Part shown: piece after piece, positions 27,440-40,589 of the stretch | Layout of the letters: each line of letters opens with the position of its first letter | Numbering within the stretch: the first letter of the stretch is position 1 | From: Lama guanicoe | Lineage: Eukaryota | Length of the DNA stretch: 64,000 bases | Assembly: GCA_013239625.1 (NCBI GenBank) | Contig: MU054212.1 | Coordinates: forward strand, 6,794,270 to 6,858,269 | Direction: 5' to 3' | Notes under the pieces: model-generated | What the model saw: only the letters and a program-made list of their open reading frames with translations | Database searches by the model: none | Told to the model about the DNA's origin: nothing | Made by a program: the position numbers and the translations under genes

Positions 27440-27680
27440 CTAAGAATAGAAATATTATGAAGGATTTTTACTGTGGGAGAAAATTAAAGCCTTTCAGATA
27501 ATTTGCTTGTGCTTCTTACCTATAAACACAGTCAAATAAAATAATCTAACTGTACAAGCAGCTCTAAGAAAAAATTATGTGTAATTGACAAAAAAAGAGA
27601 AAAATCCTATATTCTGTAGATTTGCATTTGTACCTTAGGTAATTCAATTAAAATCATATTTAAAGCTTTGAAAAAATATG

Positions 27681-27727
<47 letters not shown>

Positions 27728-27740
27728 CAGAAAGATAGAA
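27681..27740 (+). repeat. (AGAT)11 tetranucleotide microsatellite with degenerate tail
   Basis: 11 perfect AGAT units (27681-27724) then agac agaa agat agaa. Confidence 0.97.
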
Positions 27741-28826
27741 ACACGCATATAGTCATTCACTTGCACAAGACTATTAAAATAATGGTTATAATTTCTGACT
27801 GGCTTGTTATAAGGTTCCATATACTGAAAGCATAATGCCTTCCTCTATTTGTGGCAGATAAATAGAACTGATAAGGGAAGATATGTGCCTGAAATTTTAA
27901 CTCAACAGAGTGATGTAAAGTGCAGCTCACAAGGCAAACAGCATAAGCCCTATCAGTTCTGTTTATTGTAATAACCCAAACAATGGCAATTACAAACTAC
28001 TCCACAGACTTTTGGCGTGGCAGGAATGACAGATATACAAAATCCAGTTAACACTGATCTTTTTATAGTACTCAGTTACCAAGCCACACATGTACGCTAT
28101 ACAAATCTCAAAAGTAATGAGATATTTCTTTATTATCAAATCCGTTCCACAGACTGGTGTTAAAGATCACATAGCTCATTTCTAGAAATCTCCTTTGTCA
28201 ACTGCTTAGGTATACTTAAGAAAAATAAAACTCACATGCATTCCCAAACCTGGAGCTGGCCTTTAAGGAAATTAATACAGAACTACTCTACTACTCGAAT
28301 TATGTAAGTTATAATACATTTCAAAACTCTGTATTTGAAACTCTGCTAATACATAAAAACCCTGATGGCATGAGAGAAGTCAAGCCAATCCACAACAGAC
28401 ACTACTAATTCTCAAAGTTAATAGTTAAAGATCAAGTCTATCCCTTTGTATGAATATGCGCATGTTTCTTTTGTATACATTACAAATAAAACACATTATG
28501 ACACATAACAGATAAAAAAGCCAATATTTTTCCATACTTAATAGCAGTAATAAGCTGAAAAACTTAGCTTTCTTAGTTTCATAGCTACCTGGTTCTGGAA
28601 TAAAACTACTGCATTCTGATGGATATCTCACTTAAAAATTATAAAGATAATAATTTAGATATTTTGCTTACTTATATTACTAAGTTTCACACATAATTCC
28701 AATGAACAGTTTAAAAGGAAAGATTACATTCTGAATTTTAAAACTGTTGTTCCCTGTGATTTAAAAAGAGATGTTAAGCCAATAATTAAATTTTTTTTAA
28801 AAATTCCAATAGAAATTAATACTCAC

Positions 28827-28838
28827 AAAAAAGTCACA
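28827..28838 (-). other. Candidate 12-nt microexon
   Basis: ttacttttcacttgtgcAG|TGTGACTTTTTT|GTGAGTatt; frame-preserving, reads CDFF in phase 0. Confidence 0.25.
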
Positions 28839-30249
28839 CTGCACAAGTGAAAAGTAACTCATTTTAAAAAGTTGAAAATGGAATTACATGAAGGTTAAAA
28901 CTGGCAGGTGATGCCATCACCATATTTTAGAGATGAACACATTCTTAGTTTCCATTTCCTTGCCTGCCTGTCAGTCATTTGTCCAAGTGTAATTAAATCC
29001 CTTGATTTTAAAATGTGGCCAAATGAATGCCCTAAGCAGGCTCTTTTGGTGTTCATTTATGAGCTGTGGTTGAACAATTTTCTTTCATGATTATTCACAG
29101 TATATCTTTACTGTCTTATGAGACCCACTTGTTTCAATGCAAATGAATCAAGGGGATACTTCAAAATAGCATTTACCTAAAATCAATTCACAATAAAAAC
29201 ATTATGTCAAAAATGATTAATTATAGAGCTCAGTGGTTTATTTCAAATTTTCAAGAAAAAATACAGTATTTTTCAACTTTAAAGATATCAAGTTCAGTTG
29301 TAAATATCTCCGGTAACTTTATTTCATTTACACATGAGTAAACATAACCGTTTCTAAAATTTCTTGTTTTAAACTATTTGAAAATTTCAACTGCAAGTGT
29401 AAAGAAAATGTACAACACATTCATGCAACGGATGGGGGGAACCTAGGGACAGAAAGAAACTATAAGAAACAGGGGCCAGATAAGGATGAACTTCTTTATG
29501 AACTACATCTAGAATGTGAAAGTCTTAGGACCTTATTCTTGTCTTGACTTTTTGTTACTGATCTAGAATTTCTCTGGGGCTAGAAGGATTTCAGCAATTA
29601 GAAGAAAATCTGCAAAACAGTGCGAATTATCACGGTTGCCAAAAATTTACTAACCCGTTTCTTGGCTTGAACCAGAGTATCTAACTGAATCTAGGTAACA
29701 ACAGATATTATCAAAGAAATATGCATAATAATAAAACAATGCTTTTAATGTATCTGTAACTAATCCCATTCTGAACATTATGAACTAAATTCCAGGGTAC
29801 TCAAAAATCTGAAAAGTACAATGGTAGCAATGATTAATATAAATGGAATGACAGTAATACATAGTAAGGAAATTAGAGATGTACTGCCACATTTTGGAAA
29901 TTTCTGGTGGTAGTAGTGAGCGGATCACTGGATATTTGAAAGCTCAAGCAGACCTAGGCACTAGCATGCTATATGACTTTGGGTGACAGTGTCATGTGAA
30001 CCTTAATTGACTCATCAAACAAGTGTAATAATACTAAACTGAACTGTCAGTAGGATACGTGGCCACTTGGCATTTCCACTTCTCCAGAGGCATTTATTTG
30101 AAAGTCTCTTGTCTCCTCCTCTCTTTCCACTTCTTTAGCTCCTTCACACTTCAGATGCCTCCAACCACTTCACTAAAATGGCTCTAGCAAAGATCATGTG
30201 TGGCATCTGATATGGTTACATCCTTACTAGTCTTTGAAAGTCCTTCCTT

Positions 30250-30760
30250 TTTAGGAATTATAAAGTGTATGGCATTGTAGATCAGTGAGGAATGGACAAA
30301 CTACTGAGTTTTACAGCTGATTCTGAATGTGAAAAAAATTGATCAAGTCTTTATACTGTATGTAAAAGTAAATTCTACATATACTAAAAGCTTAAATGTG
30401 AAAAGTAAATTTTAAAACACTTAGAAGAATTCTAAGAAAATGTCTACATACATAAAGGGAAGGATATTTGAATTCTACTTCATCAGAATGTTTTTCAACA
30501 AAAAACACCATAAAATGAAAAAAACATAAGCCACAATTGGGAGAAAATATTTGTCACATACATAACTAACAAAATACAAGCCTCTAAGATGTATCTATAA
30601 TCTTAGATATATGAGCAATACCAATATAAGAAAACCTGATGATAAAATGGCCAAAAGACATTTCTTCACATGAGAAAACAGTAACAGTGTATTAGTAATT
30701 TTGAAAAGGGAAGTTAGTAATACAATGGGATACTATTTTATATTCATTAGATTATGGGCA
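30250..30760 (+). mobile_element. Old L1ME-like ORF2 3' fragment
   Basis: aaaagcttaaatgtgaaaagtaaa..aagccacaattgggagaaaatatttgtcacatacataactaacaaa. Confidence 0.75.
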
Positions 30761-30811
30761 ATTATTTGAAATAATAATAATTACATAGTATATATTTATA
30801 TCATAATGATT

Positions 30812-31030
30812 ATTATTTGTTGAGCATTTGCTGTATGCTTTGCACTGTGCAAAATACCTCACTTACAATATCTTATTTATTCTTATATAAAATGAGTACT
30901 ATTATCACTTTATAGGCTAGAAGTAGGATTTTTAGCAAGATTAATAAATAATGTGTTATGTAATGATGAAGCCTGGATTCAAATCCATGTCTGTCGGACT
31001 TCATATACCGTACTTTAAACCATTACACTT
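30812..31030 (-). mobile_element. MIR SINE
   Basis: tatttgttgagcatttgctgtatgc..tactattatcactttatagg..gaagcctggattcaaatccatgtctgtcggactt. Confidence 0.8.
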
Positions 31031-31049
31031 GATAATTTTGCTGAAAAAA

Positions 31050-31310
31050 ATTAAACAGCTAGCTTGGGTACCTATTGTGTGCCTATAAATTTTCAAGGCA
31101 TCGAATACATAGAGATGAACAAGAGTCCAGGACAATCACGCCTAATGGAATTCACAAACTACGAGGGGACTGGACTTCAGGAGTGTGCAACAAATAAATA
31201 TACAGTTACAAAATATGATTTATGTTATGAAAGATAGAAGACATGGTGCCACGAGACTTGTAAGAGAAGGTGGTGGTAGTGTCCACAGTGGAGGAGGTAG
31301 CTTCATGTAA
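31050..31310 (-). mobile_element. L2 3' fragment
   Basis: gggtacctattgtgtgcc..atacatagagatgaacaagag..atggaattcaca. Confidence 0.6.
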
Positions 31311-32969
31311 GCTTGAGAATTTTTTCTTAAAATTATTAATAAGCAAATTTTAACTCAGATACTCTTTATTTTCTTTGTTAAATAGTTAAATACTGTCCCT
31401 TCCCTTCCAACTCTCTCACTGCACTTGCCCCAGTCCCTTGTGTTTTCATACTATATACTCTGGCTGCTTCCCAACTTGGTTCTTCAAAGTCTACGTAGAG
31501 AAGTCTTCTCATCTCCTTGCTACACTCCCAATAAAACTTTTCTATGTTTGACCCTTTCTCCTCTGAATTTCCCTTTTGTGACACATCCCTACGTGAGCTA
31601 AGTACTTCAATTAACCAATCTATATTTCATGTATCAATTCCTTCCAAGAGATTTGTGTTAATTATTCCATTTATTTAAAAAGGACCTCTGCACATTGCTT
31701 TAACTAAAGGAGATCAAATGAGAGGAATTTTAGATACTGTATTGTGTTCATGGTAAATAGTACAGAAATAATGGGAACTTCTATGCCTTCTCAAATCATA
31801 TCTCAAATGTGGCTACATACGCTGTAAATTCAATGTGTAGACACTTAGTCATAGCCCTTGGAATAAATGAAAGTGTAATAGTTGAACCAATTTTATTACA
31901 TTTTCTGTCATGTCAGTATAAGTACTGTCAAATCAAACAATTGTTTTTTTCTTTCACTTTGACTAAATGAGCTTTGTGGAGATCTAGTCACTCCTTTGTT
32001 CTTTTGACAGCTTGTTCTGCTCATTACATGATATGTGGGATTATCAAATCAGTAAGATCTCGCTGTATCTCAAATACATTATAAAATGGGGTAAACCTTC
32101 TGAATATTTCTACATACAAGTTTCAAGTCAAACTTAAAGTCAGAAGGTTAAATTTAAAACAAAGAAGCTGACACATAAAACTGTTCATGGCGTTCCTAAG
32201 CCACGGCTCATGGACATTCAGAAGTTGCTTCAGAAGCAAGTTTGAAAAAAAAAAAAAGAAAAGAAAAGACACAAGATGATAGCTGAGAAAATTTTGAAAC
32301 CTTAGCATAAATGGGAGAGAAAGGTAAATGGACATCATGAAAAAATGAGGAGGCTTCAGAGAGACAAGAAGGTAAAATTATTTTAAAAATGAGAAGGACC
32401 AATGGTAGTTGTTTGTGCCTGCATTCTCTGCGAGACCATTAGGTCCGTGAGAGCATGGTTCATGTGAAACCCATTTTTGTGTTCCCTGAACCTCATTCAG
32501 GGCCAGGTGCATGGAAATTCCTCAACAAATACTATTTGAATGATTTAATTAATAAATATAAGGTCTTTAATGAGTGTCAAGGAAGCTGGGTTCTTTTCAC
32601 TTGAGTTACAACAAATCATACATTGTAAAATTTTTTAGCTATTATGTCTGTTGAACCAACAACACAGGTACAATATACACTTGTACTACAACAGAGATTA
32701 CTACTCCATGAGGAACCCTTTCTGAGGCATCTCCCTGCCCTAAGCCAAAATACTTCCTCCACCATGCTCCCGTAGAGGTCTCATAGTATCTCTAATGAAG
32801 CTTATGTCACGTTGAATTATAAATTTTTTTTAACATTTAAATTTTGCCAGTAGATTCTGGGCATACTGAGCAGAAGATATGCTTGCTTTGTTCCCAATTG
32901 TTGCACCATGTTGCTTAGCTCCGTAGATGGAACTCAACATTTGTTACATAAGGGTAAGAGAGAGCACAC

Positions 32970-33395
32970 AGTGGAAGGGTAAATCATGTCCCCCTTTCCC
33001 AAGATATCTACATTCTAATCCTTGGCTCCTGAGACTGCATTACCTTAAATGGCAAAAGGGACTTTGCAGATATAATTAGGTTAAAGATGTCGAGATGGGG
33101 AGACTATCCTGGATTACCCAGGTGAGCCCAATGTCACGAGAACCCTTATAAGAGGGAGGCAGGAGCATCAAAGGCAAAGGAAGATATATGAAGACAGAAA
33201 AAGTCAGTGAAGATGGCATGACACTATGCTCATGTCACTGGGAGGAGGGAGCTAATGAATTCAAGCAGCCTCTAGAAGCTGGGAAAGGCAAGGCAACATT
33301 TTTAGAGCCTCCTACCTACACTTTAGCTTTAACTCAGTGAGACTGACTTTGGGTTTCTGACTTTCAGAACCGTATGATAAATCTGTCTTACTTTA
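32970..33395 (+). mobile_element. MLT1D-like ERVL-MaLR LTR
   Basis: cccaagatatctacattctaatcc..ttaccttaaatggcaaaagggactttgcagatataattaggttaaagat..gcagcctctagaagctgggaaaggcaagg. Confidence 0.88.
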
Positions 33396-33529
33396 ATTAT
33401 TCCTCCATTACTTCCAGTCCCAAGAAATGCAAATCGCAAAGTTCAACTTAGGTAGTTTGAAGGGAAGGTGTGGAGTAGATAGACAAAATTTCTCACCTAA
33501 TTTCAAGGGACCACAATCTTCTCTTCCCC

Positions 33530-33960
33530 TTCAATAAATATGTACTGACCACCTAATACTTGCATAAACTATACAAGGAGACATGGGATATGCAACACTG
33601 TATGAGACATGATGCTTGTGCATTTCAAACCTGCAAAGGCCAGGCACACGTGCGTAAAAATATGACCAGCAGCATAAAGTAGCCCTTGTGAAATATCAGA
33701 GAATGTTAGAGGAGTTCAAATGGATTGAAATCATTCTAGATGCTATGGTCCAGGACAGCTTTCTAGACACAGTGGGTCTCAAATAAGACCTCCAAAGAAA
33801 GGAAAGGAATCTTCTGTGTTGGGGGCTAAAAAAGGTAATTCGAATAAGAGGGAGAAAGATGAGCAAAGAAAGCTGTCCTAAAGGAATCAGTAAATGTCTT
33901 TGGGCTTTTGTGAGGAAAATGCACTGACTAGAGCAAAAGAAAGGAGAAAATGGGGGGAAA
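33530..33960 (-). mobile_element. L2 3' fragment
   Basis: ttcaataaatatgtactgaccacctaata..ggtccaggacagctttctagac. Confidence 0.6.
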
Positions 33961-34859
33961 ACAGGTCGGGGGAAGGGAGGGGATGGGCTAGAAGGTCCTC
34001 CTACAGGTGCAAGGCTTGTTTCTCTGACCAAGGAGTACTATGTACATATAAAACAATGCAGCTTCTTCTCTCTCAGGTCTGTTCAATTTTGTTTAGTCTC
34101 TTATGGTTACTGGCAGCCTCAGGCACCCTGTTAATTAACAGCGATCCAGGGTAACCTCAGAGTCACCCATGAGTCTTCCCTGGTTCCTCAAGCATACCCA
34201 TCCAACTGGCTGCTAGATACCTTCATTACTAAGTCCTAAAAACGTTTGGATTCCATTCTTCTTCTCTAAACCTGTTGTCATAGTTTTTTATTTTAGTTCT
34301 ACAACTTAGTGAACTATTTCACAAGACAGAAAGGTGGTTGGAGACGTAAAAAGCAAGCCAGGATAATGCAGAGACAAAAGTCAAAGCACCAAAAATTTAA
34401 AGAATAAGGGACTTATCCTGCACATTTTCCTCACATGGAAAAGTAACTTTACCTCTTTGCTGAGCTCCTTCTCTAGGCAAGCAGTGTGTGAATATGGACC
34501 TATATTATTGAGCCCAAATTCCTCTTTGCCTCTGAAATAAAGATAAGCTTGTTTCCACTAATACTGGATCCACAGTTTATGTGATGAAACCCAAAGGGAG
34601 GATACAAGTTGACACACGGTAGTTCATTGATATAAAATTGGACAGAAAAGCTTTGAAGACTAAAATTGAACTAGAATAATCACAAAGTTCATTCCTTTGT
34701 TCAATAGAAATTATGAGTTAGCAAGTAGGTAAATAGGATTCTACTCAAGTGTCAATTCTAATTAGTTAATTATAGCCACCTGGAGCATTGTGTTTAGAAG
34801 GTTGCGGAGGGTTAGCCTATACAAAGGTCATGAATAATCATTTCTTAAGGTTTTAGCTC

Positions 34860-37290
34860 TTGGCTAAATGCCACTTGCTCCAATATTACTCCATTATAAT
34901 TTCTCCAGTATATTTCAAAATCTGTGTAGACAATTCTTCTAATTTCCTGGAGTCTCAGTTTTTTGATTCCTTAAGCTTGCCCTCTAATTTACTCAGCTTT
35001 TTTCCCTGGGATCATACCGATAACCTTGTCATTTCTGATAATAATATCCATTATTATAATTTCAGATATGCCAGTCTCTTAGTTTCATCTGTTACTGCCA
35101 GCTCATTCTCCATGGTACCTAAACTAAAAAAGTGCTTCAAACCCACTGGAGTATTCAATCCTTTGATTCTAACATTATAAATTTCCTTGTCAATCATTAT
35201 AATCATTCTCTTGCATACACCCTCAACACATTGTGCTTTTCACACTTTATATGCTTGGTTCATTGTATTCCAACCTTGGTTAAACCCATCTGAGGAAAAA
35301 ATGTTCCTGTTATCCAAGCTCATGAAAGAAAGGAGAAGAGAGGCTTTTTTTTGGTTCCTATTTCCAAGCCTGAAATAGTCAACTGCAGAATCAGTTTAGA
35401 CCAGTCCCAACCAATCAAACAGCTCCACTTCAGTACCTGAGATTCCGAAAGTCAGTCAGTCCCTAAACTTCATCCTGAAGTCAGCTGATTCCTAAATCCA
35501 ACATTTCCCACGAAACAAATAACAAAAACTCCACTCTCTCTCAATCACCCTTTGTCGCTTTATTTCACAGTGTTCTCTTATTTGCTATGTAATGGGAATC
35601 ACTACTGCTGTTATAGATACTTATGAGTGGTGGCCTCTTCCCTTGGCACAACTCTCCATCTGTTGAGGTTGTATTTCTCTACCTAACTGTGGCTGCAGAA
35701 AAGTACACAACTATGGTAAGTAAGGAAATAAACTATTATTTTCTTAGTCAGCTAAGTCCTCTCCTCTCTCAGATGACTTACACTTTCTCTTCTCTTCTCA
35801 AACCTCCAGCACGTGTTCCTCCATCCTCATTCTCAACTGAACTTGCTTTTCGATTCACTGAAAAATATCGAGGCAATCAGAAAACATCTTCCACAAACTT
35901 CCAGCATCCATCTCTTACTTACCTTTGCACCAGTGTACTCGACTCTCTTTCCTGTTCCTGTGCGTGCGCCTAACAAAGGCGGTCCCTCTACTTGTGCAAC
36001 TGGTCTCATCCTCTCTCACACACTCAAAGGACAATGTCTCAACAATTCTTCAGTTATTCCAAGTCTCCTGACGCAACAGTTCCCTCCTCTCCACTGGATC
36101 ATCTGTGTTAGTTTACAGACATTTTGGAACAATACATCTGCTCTTGATCACATTTCAATGTCTAGTATTTATTTTTCATTTTTTACTTTACAGAAAACAT
36201 CTTGAATGAAGTTTCTACTCATGTTTCCACTATTTCTCCTCTCATTTTCTCCTAAAACTACTCCATTAAGATTTTTTCTCTATTGTAATTCTAACCCTTA
36301 TCGAGGTCACCAACGACTTTTTCTTCTCCATCCTGAGATTATCTCATTCAGTCTACTGATGATAAACATTATCTACATGTGGAATATTCCCAAATTGGTA
36401 TCTCCAGCAAGGACATTTCCCCAGAATTTCAGACTTGTATGTCAACAGCCTACTTGGATATCTCTGCTTGGATGTCAAATGCATCTCAAGTATCACATGA
36501 TCACAGCCGAGCTCCTGATATCATTCCCTAAACCTGCCCCTCTGCAGCCTTCCTTCTGTCAGGTAAAGGCAATTCATTTTCCCAGTTGCTTAGGTGAGTC
36601 ATCCTGGTTATCTTTACTCTATTTTTCTTCCTCCTCTTGTTTGTTCATCAAAAAATTCTATTGGCTCTATCTTTAAGTTTGCCTACTTCTCACTATCACC
36701 ACGGGCACCATCTTGAGCCAAGCCACCAGAATCGCTTATCTGGATTACTAAAGTAGCCTCGCTGCTTCTATCTATAACTCCTTTTGGTCTGTCCTGAACC
36801 AAGCAAAGAGTGACCCGTTAAACACTAATTTAGCTTTTATCACTACTCTGCCCCAAATCCTCAATGGCTTCCCATCTTACTCTGAGGCAAAACCAACAGC
36901 TTGCAAGGTTCTAAATAACATGGCTCTTAGTTACTCTCTGCTCTCCTCTTGCTCTCTCCCTCTTCACATTAGCCCTTTGCCCCTTTTCTTCTTCCAGATA
37001 GGTTCTTGCTGTAGTGATTCTGTATATGGTGTGTTGTTGTAATACTCTGCCCTCAAATATCCACACGGCTAGCATTTTCGGGTCCTTTATATCTTTACTT
37101 GTCTCAGCTAATCCTCCTCTGACTGCCCTATCGAGAACCCCCCCGCCCCAACATTTCCTATCCCCACTCTCCATTTCCTTCTTATTTGCTGTCTCCCTCA
37201 CTAGGACAGGAATGTTTCATTATTGAACCTAATACCTGAGAGTTCCTTCCACCTAGTAGATTTACAATACGTTTTTGAATAAACGACAGT
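34860..37290 (+). mobile_element. Long L2 element (EN region to 3' end, internally deleted), interrupted by a solo LTR
   Basis: tctgtgtagacaattcttctaat..ataaccttgtcatt (EN region); ttggatatctctgcttggatgtc..catctcaa; ctcactatcaccacgggcaccatcttgagccaagccacc; 3' end ..cctagtagatttacaatacgtttttgaataaac. Confidence 0.85.
35291..35648. mobile_element. Solo ERV LTR (family unassigned) nested in L2
   Basis: TG..CA termini, flanks catc/caac (3 of 4 match), internal accaatca box; L2 sequence caaccttggttaaaccc|aactctccat rejoins across it. Confidence 0.6.
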
Positions 37291-38949
37291 GCTTCATATT
37301 CATTAGTAGTAAGATTTATATTTTGAATTCTTATTTGCAAGGAGTGCAAAAAAAAAACATGGGAATTGATGCACACTCTGTCTTGTGACCTCTTTTAGAG
37401 ATATTGACAGGAATCTGAGCCACCTTCCTGGAACTCCAAGTGAAGTGAACTCTCCCACAAAACTAGTCCATGACATTGGCCACATTATCACTGTCTTCTA
37501 ACTATCCAAATTAAACATTTCCTACTTCACACTATTCAATGTTTTTTATGCTTTTGGTAACTAAAAAAAATAGGGTCTTGGAATTTCTTATGAAAAGGTA
37601 GCGAAGTTCTAAAAGGGGTGGGTATAAATTTAATATACATGTAAAATTCCAGTTTTGTAGTTTTATTATTACATGTTTGCTTTCTAAGATTTTTTTCTTC
37701 TCCTCTCTCTCTTCCACTGTAGAAGTTCCATTTCATAAGGGGCTACTGATCAGACCTGTTATTCTAATGGTGGAATCCCAAAGGAAAACATGTTTCAGAT
37801 GTAAAGTATTCCCCTCAGATTCCCTGGCGGTCATGGAAAGCAGGAGAAATTCTTGATGTATGAAGTCACTGTCACCATTGTCAAAGCACTGCAGTGTGGG
37901 AAATGAACCGCAAATAAAATCAAAGGCATTTCTTCCGAAGCACTGAATATTAGTGCACAAACAACAATTTTTTCATTAAAGTACAAAATATTTCAGATCA
38001 AATCTTAATGTTCGAATGTCCAAACCACACATCTCAGCCTAGGTGCTAGAGGTGGCAAACTTCTGACCAAGTTAACTTGTAAGCTGTAAACACTAATACA
38101 GGAGAAATTAAAGCCTCTCCACATCAAAGTACTGAAACTTAATTTACTTTTGGAAACATGAAATTCTGTACAGATCTAGCCAAACTTCCACAGCAAATGG
38201 CACCATAAATGTAGTCCTCTGTCCTTTGCTCTAAAGATTTAATTTTGAGGTATGCATATTCTTTTTTTCTTTAAGGGCTTCTCAAGCCTAAATTAAATCA
38301 CCTCAATAAAGTAATATTAAAGTTGAACTGAAATCCACAAGAGCAAGGCAATTCGGAGGTAGGTTAAAATTCCTTTCTTGCTCTTCAACCTTAAATCAGA
38401 CTGCTGTGTTAAGGTATTGTAATGATCTAAGACAGTGTGTCATCTTTCATGCCAGGCGGCATATGTTACAGTTCCCGAATTAGAGAACAGCTATTCCCCC
38501 GAATTATTATTTTAACTACATAGTCATTCTCAGTTTAGATTTAGGTCAGGCACCAAAAGTTACACTATAATCTTGGGAATGAGTATCATAACCCTCAGCT
38601 CAAAGTATAATTGTCAAAGCTTCACATCCAGAAATGCACTATAGGACACACAGAGAATTAAAAAAAGATTTTGATTATTGCTTAATATGGAGATATGAAT
38701 GTGTTTATCTTTGTAAATAGCACTTCTGTACAAGTGGCTCAAATGTGGCAAAACAGCCACAGTCCCAATATAAGTTGCAAAATCAAACAGTCAGGCATGA
38801 AAAGTCTTTTTCTTAAGTTGTTTTCAAGCTTCATCCTTTTTTCTGCAATAACTAAAGCAAAGCCACAGTAGCTGCAGCCATTTGCATCTAAGGAAGAGAT
38901 GTTTTGCTTTGGTGATATAGTTAATGAGTCTAAAAATATTCAGTATAAT

Positions 38950-39460
38950 AATTCTGTCAAAGCCCCCACAGTCTCCTCAATGAGCGGAAGCCTGCAGGAT
39001 TCCAATGGGGAGCCGAGTAATGAGCTCTCAGCATTCGCTCCCACACCGTCCAGGCGAAATGTACTCGGGCCTCTATGGTTCCACATCATTAGCAACATGA
39101 AACAAAGACACATGCTTGACTTTAATAAGCGACTAAAGTTGCCGGCTTACTAGTCTGTTACTGCACGTAAACTCTGTTTCGGTTATTTCAGAGGAGCTCC
39201 TTGCAAAGAGAAAGCAGGGAGGGCTTTGGCAAACAGAGTTAGGTTTAATTTAATGTGGCAAATGATTGAGCAGAATGGGAGAAAAAAAGGACACAGGAAG
39301 TGATGAGTTTCTGACACTAAGTCTCCCGGGCTCACTGCAGACTGCAGTCTCGCTGCTGGAGATGATGGTTACGGTGGGCTGCAGTGATAGGGCTATAGGC
39401 ATATGTGGCTGAGTTTTAGTTGATATTCTTGCAAGACAGGAAGTGAACAAGCTTATTTCC
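38950..39460. promoter_or_regulatory. Candidate enhancer (CpG-retaining, two ETS consensus sites)
   Basis: About 13 CpGs between 38980 and 39375 in a CpG-depleted window; ACAGGAAGTG at 39293-39302 and 39436-39445; no repeat recognised. Confidence 0.45.
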
Positions 39461-40589
39461 CACTGGGAAAGGTTCAGACATGATTAACTTGGGCATGACC
39501 AAACAGGTCAATAAGATGACAATGAATTTCTAGCACAATAATTAAGTGGGAAAATTTGTATGATTTGTTCTTCTTGTTCTGCACATACCAATAATGCATT
39601 AGCATGGATTCATTTAGTTTCTTTCATTAGATAAAATCACATACTTACAATTTAAGATACTGACGGCTCAATTTGAATACTTAAAAATTATTTCTGCAAA
39701 ACAACATTAAATTATTTTTATTTTATTTTTAGCATAGGCTTTTGCATGCCATCATTGAAGAAGTGATCTGAAATCTATCTATATATGCATACTAATTGCT
39801 TCAAGAGTGATAGTCCATTTAATACCAAATCTCACCAGGATAAAGGAAGACTATTGCAGAGAACAAAACAGGTAAAAGTAAATGCTTCACTTTGGGATGT
39901 TAGGATTCAATGTATTTTACATTTACAAGATTCCTGTCAGTTATTAAAATACTTCAACTTTTCTTCAAATAAAAAGTTCATATATATAATCTTGAAATCT
40001 TAGCATTGGAAGAGAACTCAGAAATCATGAAATCTGCTTTTCTATTCCATGCGGTGCTTCATACTATGGTGCTCACAAAACAAAAACAAACCCCAAATCC
40101 CCAAAACATTTTCTCTAATATTATTAATTTAAAAAAGAGAGGGCCCATCTTTGAATTTTACGCAATTTAACACTGGGACCTAAATGTAGGGAGGGGGTTT
40201 ACACTGTCCTCCTTTAAATTTCAACGTCTTGGTTTTTTTCTACAATCAAAATAATCTTCAATCCTTTTTCTGCCATTTTATATATGACTATTTTCCCCAT
40301 AATATTGCCAGCTATGCAGTTTATAAGTACGCCTTCAGCAAACAGAGGACAGAAACAACAGAGTTCAGCAGCAGCCCAAGGGAAATTTCAAGGAGGACGT
40401 TAAGCCATTCATCAACTGTTTTCGGTTATGGTTACACAACTATCTTGTCAACAAGGATACCATGATATACTTTTATATTTTGCAAAAATCAAAATATGCT
40501 CTAAATGGTAGTTAGAGTGAACTTCCCCAGTCATTTCCGAAACAAGCCAATCTAGAATACTTTTTGAGGTTTAGTTTCACTCCCACCAA

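Noticed and set aside
35623..36676. Run of 116-156 aa plus-strand ORFs
   Set aside because: All inside the decayed pyrimidine-rich L2, where stops are naturally rare.
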